DNA of 64,000 bases from Rhodoferax sp. (GTDB lineage: Bacteria > Pseudomonadota > Gammaproteobacteria > Burkholderiales > Burkholderiaceae_C): NCBI GenBank assembly GCA_003133245.1, contig PKWM01000036.1:4337-68336 (forward strand), in the 5' to 3' direction. The notes beneath the pieces are model-generated. The model made no database searches and had not been told where the DNA came from. It saw only the letters and a list, made by a program, of their open reading frames with translations. Positions 56,337 to 64,000 of this stretch are shown here, in pieces. Position numbers and translations under genes: made by a program. Each line of letters opens with the position of its first letter. Within the stretch, counting starts at the first letter, position 1.

Positions 56337-57254
56337 TCACGCATTTCTGATCAGCAAACCTTCACGTGTGGCTACGCCTGACCCGATCAACTGCGTGGTC
56401 AGATCGTTGACCCACTTTGAGAAATCAATCGCCTGAAAATGCCGACTGTGAATGAAAACAAAATAGGGCGTTGCCCCGGCCCAGTCAATCAGCGATGGTA
56501 GTTCAATCTCCTGAACTTCAAGCAGCTTGAACATCAGCAATACCTTGACAGCGTACTCGATATGCCTGGCCGGATCGGTCTTAAAGCCCTCCAGCCGTTT
56601 GCGGGCGTTGGCAATGGCCGCTTGAACCTCAAAAATAAGGGGGCCGTGGCCTGGAATCACAATTCGGGGAGAGAGCGCTTCAATCAGATCGATGGTTTGC
56701 TCCACTTTGTCAAACGCGTCAATGCCTTCGAGTTCCGGGAAAACCACGCCGAAACCGTTTTGCCAAAGGGCGTCGGCCGACACCAGTACCCGAGACACCG
56801 GCTCAAACAAGATGACCGAGTGGGGGTCGTGCCCGGGTGCGCCGTGAACTTGCCAGGTCAAGTCGCCTAGTACGATGTCGCTACCGAGCTTTAGCAGCGC
56901 GTTGAAACCAAACTGCGGGCAACTCTGACCGGTCGGCGTATAGGTGAGCGCCTGTGCATCCCAGACGCGCACATGTTCGGCCTGACCCGGCGGAATCATT
57001 GTTATCAGGCCCGGATATTGGGCCTGCAACGCCGCATTGCCGCCGCAATGATCACTGTGCAAGTGGGTGTTGACCAAAACATCAAGCGGCTGCCCGGCCA
57101 GCGCCGCCGCCACCAGCGCCACAGTCTGCCCGGCCTGTGTGCAGTAGCCGCTGTCGATCAGGGCCGACGAGTCCTTGCCAGCGATCAAAATGTTGTTGGA
57201 CGAGAGCCAGCCGCGCTCAAAGACGCGAATGCTGGCGGGTAGTGCCGGGTTCAT
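56337..57254 (-). CDS. MBL-fold metallo-hydrolase
   Basis: THLHSDHCGG, APGHDP, SADALW, VIPGHG. Confidence 0.9.
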   Translation of the reverse strand: MNPALPASIRVFERGWLSSNNILIAGKDSSALIDSGYCTQAGQTVALVAAALAGQPLDVLVNTHLHSDHCGGNAALQAQYPGLITMIPPGQAEHVRVWDAQALTYTPTGQSCPQFGFNALLKLGSDIVLGDLTWQVHGAPGHDPHSVILFEPVSRVLVSADALWQNGFGVVFPELEGIDAFDKVEQTIDLIEALSPRIVIPGHGPLIFEVQAAIANARKRLEGFKTDPARHIEYAVKVLLMFKLLEVQEIELPSLIDWAGATPYFVFIHSRHFQAIDFSKWVNDLTTQLIGSGVATREGLLIRNA

Positions 57255-58936
57255 TTACCGCTTCTGAGTTCACGCCGCAGTACTTTGCCAACGTTTGATT
57301 TAGGCAGTTCGTCACGGAACTCGATGTATTTGGGCCGTTTGTAGCCAGTCAAATTTTGGTGACAGTATTTGGCGACGTCTTCCTCCGATAAAGTCTGCTG
57401 CTCCTTGACCACGAAAACCTTGATCGCTTCGCCTTGTTTGGCGTCCGGCACCCCAATGACAGCGCACTCCAGCACGCCTTCACAGAGCGAAATCACGTTT
57501 TCGAGCTCGCTCGGAAAAACATTGAAGCCGCTGACCAGAATCATGTCTTTTTTGCGGTCCACTATTTTCGTGTAGCCGCGCTCGTCCATGATGCCAATAT
57601 CGCCGGTGCGCATAAACCCATCTGCCGTGAACGCCAGCTTGCTCTCCTCGGGCTGGTGGTAGTAGCCGGTCATCACGTTGGGGCCGCGGATGCAAATTTC
57701 GCCGGATTGTCCCAGCGCCAACGACTCACCTTCGTCATTCTTGATGGCAATGTCAATCCCGGGCAAAGGCAGGCCGATGGTGCCAGAAAATTCTTTGGAA
57801 AGCACCGGGTTGTTGGTGCCGATGGCGCAGGTCTCGCTCATGCCCCAACCTTCGACCATCGGGCAACCGGTCACCTCCAGCCAATGTTGGGCGGTGCCCT
57901 CTAATGCCGCCATGCCGCCAGCCTGCGACGCATAGAGGCTTGAAAAATCAACGCTGTGAAATTGCGGATGCGCCAGCAAGGCGTTAAACAGCGTGTTGAC
58001 CGCCGGCAACAAATGAAACGGCCGCTTTTTGAGCGTTGCCACAAAACCGCCAATGTCGCGTGGATTGGGAATCAAGGTCAGACGTGAACCCCAACGAATG
58101 GCCAACAAGCAGAGCGTCAGCGCAAAAATGTGGTACAGCGGCAAAGCCGCGATGCTGTTGATCTGGCTGGGCGGGCCGACCCGCTCCAGCGCCGGCGCAA
58201 ACCAGGCTTCGGCTTGCAACACCGCTGCCACAATATTGCGATGCGTCAACACCGCGCCCTTGGAGATACCCGTGGTGCCACCAGTGTATTGCAAAAAAGC
58301 GACCGAGTCGAGCGTGCTGGCCGCCGCCTTGAACGGCAATGCTGCCCCCTGAGCAAGAGCCTGCTTGAAAGATGTGGCGCTTTGTCCCTCTGACAGTGTC
58401 AGTTTATAAGCCGGCACCATTTTGGCTAGATGGCGCACGGCAAAAGTGATCCAGCGACCATACCAAAAACCGAGCAAGTCTCCCATCGAGGCAATCACCA
58501 CGTGCTTGATCGGTGTCTGGTCTATCACTTCGGCCAGGGTGGCGGCAAAATTCTCCAGCACCACAATCACAGTGGCGCCCGAATCTTTGAGTTGGTGTTC
58601 AAGTTCGCGCGGCGTGTACAGCGGGTTGACGTTGACGCAGGTGTAGCCCGCGCGCAAAACCGCCGCCATCGTCACCGGGAACTGCGGGATATTAGGCAGC
58701 ATGATGGCCACGCGCGCGTCCGGTTCCAGCCCCTTGCCTTGCAGCCACGCCGCCAGCGCGCCAGAGAGCTGGTTGAGCTGCCCGTAGCTCATCCATTGCT
58801 CCATGCAAACAGCAAAGGGGCTGGCTGCATTCTTTTCGAACGACTCCTCGAGCAGATGTGTCAATGAGCGGTATTGCTCCGGCTCAATGTCATGCGCGAC
58901 GCCAGCTGGATAGCTCTTGAGCCAGATTTTTTCCAT
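57251..58936 (-). CDS. Long-chain fatty-acid CoA ligase
   Basis: FLQYTGGTTGISKGA, GWGMSET, RTGDIG, IVDRKKDMI; GGAG RBS before MEKIW. Confidence 0.92.
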   Translation of the reverse strand: MEKIWLKSYPAGVAHDIEPEQYRSLTHLLEESFEKNAASPFAVCMEQWMSYGQLNQLSGALAAWLQGKGLEPDARVAIMLPNIPQFPVTMAAVLRAGYTCVNVNPLYTPRELEHQLKDSGATVIVVLENFAATLAEVIDQTPIKHVVIASMGDLLGFWYGRWITFAVRHLAKMVPAYKLTLSEGQSATSFKQALAQGAALPFKAAASTLDSVAFLQYTGGTTGISKGAVLTHRNIVAAVLQAEAWFAPALERVGPPSQINSIAALPLYHIFALTLCLLAIRWGSRLTLIPNPRDIGGFVATLKKRPFHLLPAVNTLFNALLAHPQFHSVDFSSLYASQAGGMAALEGTAQHWLEVTGCPMVEGWGMSETCAIGTNNPVLSKEFSGTIGLPLPGIDIAIKNDEGESLALGQSGEICIRGPNVMTGYYHQPEESKLAFTADGFMRTGDIGIMDERGYTKIVDRKKDMILVSGFNVFPSELENVISLCEGVLECAVIGVPDAKQGEAIKVFVVKEQQTLSEEDVAKYCHQNLTGYKRPKYIEFRDELPKSNVGKVLRRELRSGK

Positions 58937-59047
58937 GAGATGCTCCTTGGGCTTGCATTTTGAATCAAATGACCGCAAATCGGCCGCCAGCCGCTGTGCA
59001 GGTTCGAAGAACCGCCTAATGGATTATCTCGGTTTATAGTTCGCCGC

Positions 59048-59674
59048 ATGGATGCAACAAAGGAATTGGGTCTGACAGCGCCGAAAAAATCAACGGTGCT
59101 GGTGCCCATCCGATCTCTGGGTGCCAACCACCGCGCACGTATTGCCCGCCATTTGCTGGCGCTCGAGCCGCACGACCGTTACCTGCGCTTCGGGTTTATT
59201 GCCAGTGACGAACAGATTAACCATTATGTTGACGGCCTGAATTTTGAGCATGACGAGATTTTTGGCATCTACAACCGGCGTCTTGAACTGATTGCCATGG
59301 CGCATCTGGCGTACTCGGTCGATCATGGTCTGACTGCCTGCGCCGAGTTTGGGGTCTCGGTTTTGAAGTCAGCGCGGGGCCGTGGCTATGGCGCACGCCT
59401 GTTTGACCGGGCCATCATGCACGCCCGCAACGAAGGCGTCAGCCGACTGTTCATTTACGCGCTGAGCGAAAACACCGCCATGTTGAAAATTGCCCGCAAC
59501 GCCGGTGCCAACGTGGAGCGTGACGGCTCTGAATCGCAAGCGCATTTGCGCCTGCCGCCGGCCACTTTCGACAGCCGCGTGGCTGAGTTGATGGCCGAAC
59601 AGGTGGCCCAAACCGATTACCGCATCAAAGTGCAACTCAAAAAATTTTGGGATGTTTTGAAGCGGTTTCGGTAA
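59048..59674 (+). CDS. GNAT-family N-acetyltransferase
   Basis: DRYLRFG, AEFGVSVL..ARGRGYG..L, EN.AMLKIAR. Confidence 0.85.
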   Translation: MDATKELGLTAPKKSTVLVPIRSLGANHRARIARHLLALEPHDRYLRFGFIASDEQINHYVDGLNFEHDEIFGIYNRRLELIAMAHLAYSVDHGLTACAEFGVSVLKSARGRGYGARLFDRAIMHARNEGVSRLFIYALSENTAMLKIARNAGANVERDGSESQAHLRLPPATFDSRVAELMAEQVAQTDYRIKVQLKKFWDVLKRFR

Positions 59675-59724
59675 TCCGCTATCCTTGAGGCTGCTTAACA
59701 ACCGCATGTCCTGCTCCCCTGGCT

Positions 59725-60594
59725 GTGTCAGACCCCTATCCTGCGAGCCTTCCTGACCGGGAAGACAAACGCACCTTTTTGCAAAAACTGGCCGAATTCA
59801 TTCACCCTGGCCCCGACTCAACCGACGAGCTGATCGAAGCTCTGGCCGACGCTCAAGACAACAAGATCATCGGTGCGGAATCGCTCAAGATGCTCGAAGG
59901 CGTGATCCGCATGGCCGACATGACGGCCGGCGAAGTGATGGTGCCCGCGACCCAGATGGGGCTGATCAACATTGCCGACCCCTACGATGTGTTGATGCAC
60001 AGCGTCATCGACATGGCCCATTCGCGCTTTCCGGTCTATGAGGGCGAGCGCGAGAACATCATTGGCATCCTGATGGCCAAGGACTTGCTCAAACTCCAGC
60101 GCGCGCCCGAGCTCAACATTCGGGCGCTGCTGCGCAGCACCGTTTTCGTACCCGAAAGCAAGGGGCTCAACGATTTGCTGCGCGACTTTCAGAACAACCG
60201 CAATCACCTGGCGATCGTGATCGACGAATTTGGCCGGGTCGCGGGCCTGGTCACGATTGAAGATGTGCTGGAACAGATCGTTGGCGAGATTGAGGACGAG
60301 TTTGACAGCGCCGAAGACGAAGGCGACATTTATTGCCTGACTGATCGCAGCTTTCGGGTCGCTGGCAATACTTCGATTGAGCGCGTCAACGAGGCCTTCA
60401 AGGTCAAGCTCGCCAGCACCGATCCGGACGACCAGTTCGATACCATTGGCGGCTTGATTGCCCATGAAATGGGGCATGTGCCCAGGCGCGGCGAACACCA
60501 CAAGATGGTCGGGCTCGATTTTGTCGTCCTCCACACGCAAGGCGGCGCTGTGAAATGGTTCAAAGTATCAGCGCTTGCTGATGGCACCTCCTAG
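59725..60594 (+). CDS. corC: CorC/HlyC-family CBS-domain Mg/Co efflux protein
   Basis: HSRFPVY, FVPESK.LN.LL..F, AIVIDEFGRVAGLVTIEDVLEQIVGEIEDEFD. Confidence 0.92.
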   Translation: MSDPYPASLPDREDKRTFLQKLAEFIHPGPDSTDELIEALADAQDNKIIGAESLKMLEGVIRMADMTAGEVMVPATQMGLINIADPYDVLMHSVIDMAHSRFPVYEGERENIIGILMAKDLLKLQRAPELNIRALLRSTVFVPESKGLNDLLRDFQNNRNHLAIVIDEFGRVAGLVTIEDVLEQIVGEIEDEFDSAEDEGDIYCLTDRSFRVAGNTSIERVNEAFKVKLASTDPDDQFDTIGGLIAHEMGHVPRRGEHHKMVGLDFVVLHTQGGAVKWFKVSALADGTS

Positions 60595-62317
60595 TTTTCA
60601 AAGCCGCTGGCCCATCCAGTCAGTGCCGCAACCACAAACACCGACGGCACCACGGGTGCTGCTGGCCTTGCTCGCCGGTGCGGCCCACGCTGCCAGTCTG
60701 GCCTGGCCTTTTTCCTTTGCGGCCACGCCTTTGCTCCTGCTGGGCTTGCGACCAGGCCAGCCGGTCTGGTGGCTCCAGCTATTGGCTTTGGCGCTGCTGG
60801 CATGGCTGCTGGCGGGTCGGCGCAGTCACGGCCAAGCTGATGGCGGTCCGGCTTGGCGACGGGCAGCGCTGTGGGCCTGGTTATTTGCCACTGCCTGGCT
60901 GGCTGGCAGTTTCTGGTGGCTATTTGTTGCCATGCACACCTATGGCGGCTTGCCCAGCATCCTGGCAGCGCTGGCAGTACTGGCATTGGCGGGATTACTG
61001 GCTTTGTACTACGCGGCAGTAGCTGCTCTCTTTGTCGTGATTGCCCCCTTCAACCGGGCCGGCGCGGCGCTGGTTTTTGCAGCACTCTGGTTGTTGGCTG
61101 AATTGGCGCGTGGCACCTGGCTCACCGGTTTTGGCTGGGGTGCCAGTGGCTATGCCCAGGTAGCAGGGCCGCTGTCCGGCCTGGCCCCCTGGATCGGGGT
61201 TTATGGCCTGTGCGCGCTGACAGCGTGGCTGGCCATGACTTTGATGCAATTTTTCCATGAACCGATCCGTCATTGCAAACGAAGTGAAGCAATCCATGAC
61301 TTCGGAATGCATGGATCGCCGCGCTACGCTCGCGATGACGCTGGCTGGCGGTGGGCGTTACAACTCACGCCCCTGCTGCTGGCCGCACTGTTGTGGACCA
61401 CGTCGCTGGTTGATGTATCCAAATCAACTGGGCGTTTAGGTGTCACGCTGCTACAGGGCAACATTCCCCAGGACGAGAAATTTGAGACCGGCAGTGGTGT
61501 GCCACTGGCCTTGCAATGGTACGCCGATCAATTGAAAGCCAGCCGCACGGCGCTGGTGATCGCGCCTGAAACGGCTATCCCGGTGCTGCCGCAACAACTG
61601 CCAGACGCTTATCGGACCGCGCTGCAACAGCGTTTTGCCAGCGGCCAGCAAGCCGCCTTGTTCGGCATGCCCTTGGGCAACGCCGAGGCGGGCTACACCA
61701 ACTCGGCGCTCGGGCTCAAGCCCGCGCAGTCACAGCCCTGGCGTTACGACAAACAGCATTTGGTGCCCTTTGGCGAGTTCATTCCACCGCTGTTCAAGTG
61801 GTTCACGGCAATGATGAACATTCCGTTGGGCGACTTCAACCGGGGCGGCCGCAGGCAGCCGCCTTTTGAATGGCAGGGGCAAAAATTGGCGACCAATATT
61901 TGCTACGAAGATTTGTTCAGCGAGGAGATGGGCCTGCAATTTATCGATCCGGCCCAAGCACCCACGATCCTGGTCAACATCAGCAACCTGGCCTGGTTTG
62001 GCAACAGCCTGGCGCAGGAACAGCACCTGCAAATTGCGCGCCTGCGCGCGCTCGAATTCGCACGCCCCTTTGTCCTGGTCACCAATACCGGCACCAGCGC
62101 CATCGTCGATCATCGCGGCCAGATTGTGGCCAGCCTGCTTCGCGACACGCGTTCAGTTTTGGTGGGCGTGGTCGAAGGCCGCAGCGGCGTCACTCCCTAT
62201 GCCTGGTGGCTGGCGCGTTTCGGACTGTGGCCGCTTTGGCTGCTGGCTTTGACGGTTGTCCTGCTGACTGCGGCTGCGCGCTGGCGCGCAGGCAAGGCAA
62301 CCCACTCCAGGGTTTGA
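60575..62317 (+). CDS. lnt: Apolipoprotein N-acyltransferase, carrying an in-frame repeat insertion
   Basis: [45 protein letters not shown] (E-K-C triad). Confidence 0.93.
   Translation: MLMAPPSFQSRWPIQSVPQPQTPTAPRVLLALLAGAAHAASLAWPFSFAATPLLLLGLRPGQPVWWLQLLALALLAWLLAGRRSHGQADGGPAWRRAALWAWLFATAWLAGSFWWLFVAMHTYGGLPSILAALAVLALAGLLALYYAAVAALFVVIAPFNRAGAALVFAALWLLAELARGTWLTGFGWGASGYAQVAGPLSGLAPWIGVYGLCALTAWLAMTLMQFFHEPIRHCKRSEAIHDFGMHGSPRYARDDAGWRWALQLTPLLLAALLWTTSLVDVSKSTGRLGVTLLQGNIPQDEKFETGSGVPLALQWYADQLKASRTALVIAPETAIPVLPQQLPDAYRTALQQRFASGQQAALFGMPLGNAEAGYTNSALGLKPAQSQPWRYDKQHLVPFGEFIPPLFKWFTAMMNIPLGDFNRGGRRQPPFEWQGQKLATNICYEDLFSEEMGLQFIDPAQAPTILVNISNLAWFGNSLAQEQHLQIARLRALEFARPFVLVTNTGTSAIVDHRGQIVASLLRDTRSVLVGVVEGRSGVTPYAWWLARFGLWPLWLLALTVVLLTAAARWRAGKATHSRV
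61268..61340. repeat. CGTC-type REP-like element inserted in frame in lnt
   Basis: CGTCATTGCAAACGAAGTGAAGCAATCCATG...CGCTACGCTCGCGATGACG; sibling of 39960-40028. Confidence 0.85.
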
Positions 62318-62418
62318 CTAACAAGTCAGCCTGGAACGCCCGTAAAATTGGCCTCTTGCACGCGAGCCTCGCGTGCGTTTTCCAAACCCAGAGGCGCAGC
62401 GCGCCAAAGCACCAAGCC

Positions 62419-63333
62419 ATGTTGACCTTTCAACAAATTATTCTGAAACTGCAGTCGTATTGGGACGCCCAGGGCTGCGCCTTGTTGCAGCCCTATGACA
62501 TGGAAGTCGGTGCCGGCACCTCGCACACCGCCACATTTTTACGCGCGCTCGGGCCCGAACCCTGGAAATGCGCCTACGTGCAGCCGAGCCGCCGGCCGAA
62601 AGACGGCCGTTATGGCGAGAATCCGAACCGCTTGCAGCACTATTACCAGTACCAGGTGGTGTTGAAACCAGCACCCAGCAATATTCTGGAGCTGTATCTG
62701 GGTTCGCTCGAAGCACTCGGTTTTGACCTCAAGCAAAACGACATCCGCTTTGTGGAAGACGATTGGGAAAACCCGACGCTGGGGGCCTGGGGCCTGGGTT
62801 GGGAGGTTTGGCTCAACGGCATGGAAGTCACCCAGTTCACCTACTTCCAGCAGGTTGGCGGCATTGATTGCCGCCCCATCACCGGCGAGATCACCTACGG
62901 GCTGGAGCGTCTAGCCATGTATTTGCAAGGTGTCGATAACGTCTATAACCTGCAATGGACGAGTGGCCTGAGCTATGGCGACGTCTATCTGCAAAATGAA
63001 AAAGAACAGTCGGCCTACAACTTTGAGCATTCGGATGCCGAGTTCCTGTTTGTCGCGTTCAGTGCCTATGAGAAACAGGCCAAGCACCTGATCGAAGTGC
63101 AATTGGCGCTGCCGGCCTACGAGCAGGTCTTGAAAGCTGCCCACAGTTTCAACCTGCTCGATGCGCGCGGCGCCATCAGCGTGACCGAACGCGCCGCCTA
63201 CATTGGCCGCATCCGCAACCTGGCGCGCGCCGTGGCGCAAAGTTACTTCGAGAGTCGTGAGCGCCTGGGCTTCCCGCTGGCGCCGCGCGAGTGGGTGGAA
63301 CAGATGACGCCACTCACAAAGAAGGCAGCATGA
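62419..63333 (+). CDS. glyQ: Glycine--tRNA ligase alpha subunit
   Basis: [59 protein letters not shown]. Confidence 0.97.
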   Translation: MLTFQQIILKLQSYWDAQGCALLQPYDMEVGAGTSHTATFLRALGPEPWKCAYVQPSRRPKDGRYGENPNRLQHYYQYQVVLKPAPSNILELYLGSLEALGFDLKQNDIRFVEDDWENPTLGAWGLGWEVWLNGMEVTQFTYFQQVGGIDCRPITGEITYGLERLAMYLQGVDNVYNLQWTSGLSYGDVYLQNEKEQSAYNFEHSDAEFLFVAFSAYEKQAKHLIEVQLALPAYEQVLKAAHSFNLLDARGAISVTERAAYIGRIRNLARAVAQSYFESRERLGFPLAPREWVEQMTPLTKKAA

Positions 63334-64000
63334 TGATGACCCAAAACCTTCTGATTGAACTGTTTGTCGAAGAGCTGCCCCCCAAGGCGCTCAAGAAACT
63401 GGGTGATGCATTTGCCACCCAGCTCGCCGATCAATTGCGCGCCCAGGGGCTGGCCAGCGCTGAATCGGTAGTCACCGCCTACGCCTCGCCGCGGCGCCTG
63501 GGCGCTCACATCAGCCAGGTCTGGCGCAAGGCGGCTGACAAGGTGGTACAGCAAAAGTTGATGCCGGTGAGCGTTGGGCTCGATGCCGCTGGGCAGGCGA
63601 CCCCCGCGCTGCGCAAAAAGCTGCAAGCACTGGGCGCTGATTTGTCGGACCTGGCTGCAACAGTGGCAGCGCTCAGAAAAGCACCCGATGGCAAGGCTGA
63701 TGCTCTGTTCTACGACAGCCTGGTCAGCGGTGCCACACTCGACACCGGCTTGCAAAAGGCGTTGGAAGAAACCATTGCCCGCCTGCCTATTCCCAAGGTC
63801 ATGAACTACCAACTGGAGACCGATTGCGAGTTGCCAGGCTGGAGCAGCGTGAACTTTGTGCGGCCAGCGCATGGACTGATCGCACTGCATGGCAGCACCG
63901 TGGTGCCGGTCAGGTTGTTGGGTTTGATGGCGGGCAACCGCACCCAGGGCCACCGCTTTGAAGCCAGCATGTCGCCGGTCGTCATAGCCCACGCCGACCG
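63330..64000 (+). CDS. glyS: Glycine--tRNA ligase beta subunit (partial; runs off the window)
   Basis: ATG overlaps the glyQ stop. [34 protein letters not shown]...FVRPAH. Confidence 0.93.
   Translation, partial: MMMTQNLLIELFVEELPPKALKKLGDAFATQLADQLRAQGLASAESVVTAYASPRRLGAHISQVWRKAADKVVQQKLMPVSVGLDAAGQATPALRKKLQALGADLSDLAATVAALRKAPDGKADALFYDSLVSGATLDTGLQKALEETIARLPIPKVMNYQLETDCELPGWSSVNFVRPAHGLIALHGSTVVPVRLLGLMAGNRTQGHRFEASMSPVVIAHAD

Noticed and set aside
58964-59000. AATGACCGCAAATCGGCC resembling the island boundary motif
   Set aside because: Lacks the leading G, the TGTCT box and the closing CATTC; lies in ordinary housekeeping context.
61870-62418. N-terminal extension of the 487-aa ORF containing glyQ
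   Set aside because: Overlaps lnt in another frame; GlyQ homology starts at ATG 62419.

Overview
High-GC betaproteobacterial chromosomal segment. Gene content (phaM, FIST, BTH_I0359/DUF3108, fadP) suggests Comamonadaceae, Rhodoferax-like; this is inference. Housekeeping blocks are ppdK, purU, tgt-queA, uup, the full atpIBEFHAGDC operon, fadP-acyl-CoA dehydrogenase, argB-slmA, corC-lnt and glyQS. Accessory parts: (1) a catabolic operon whose last SDR gene is cut off at about 2620 by an AT-richer, integrase-free island (about 2620-8126) carrying a DUF2971/ART-like gene, a secreted protein, a STAS-GHKL kinase-STAS fusion, a GNAT/RHH toxin-antitoxin pair and a flavin reductase, with recurring short DNA motifs at module boundaries; (2) pilA-pglL pilin glycosylation genes and a remote orphan pglF-like gene coupled between hns and argB; (3) a complete Lap-type adhesin system (LapE-OmpA fusion, LapG, LapD, 2044-aa LapA, LapB/C) plus a periplasmic peroxiredoxin, a pseudo-receiver LuxR and a small conserved protein. 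Non-coding signals include an anti-Shine-Dalgarno-loop sRNA candidate, a sigma54 pilin promoter, a perfect FadP-type operator and at least four palindromic repeat families. Two of these families are inserted in frame inside housekeeping genes (queA, lnt). No rRNA, tRNA, CRISPR array, transposase or integrase was seen. All calls are by eye; no searches were run.
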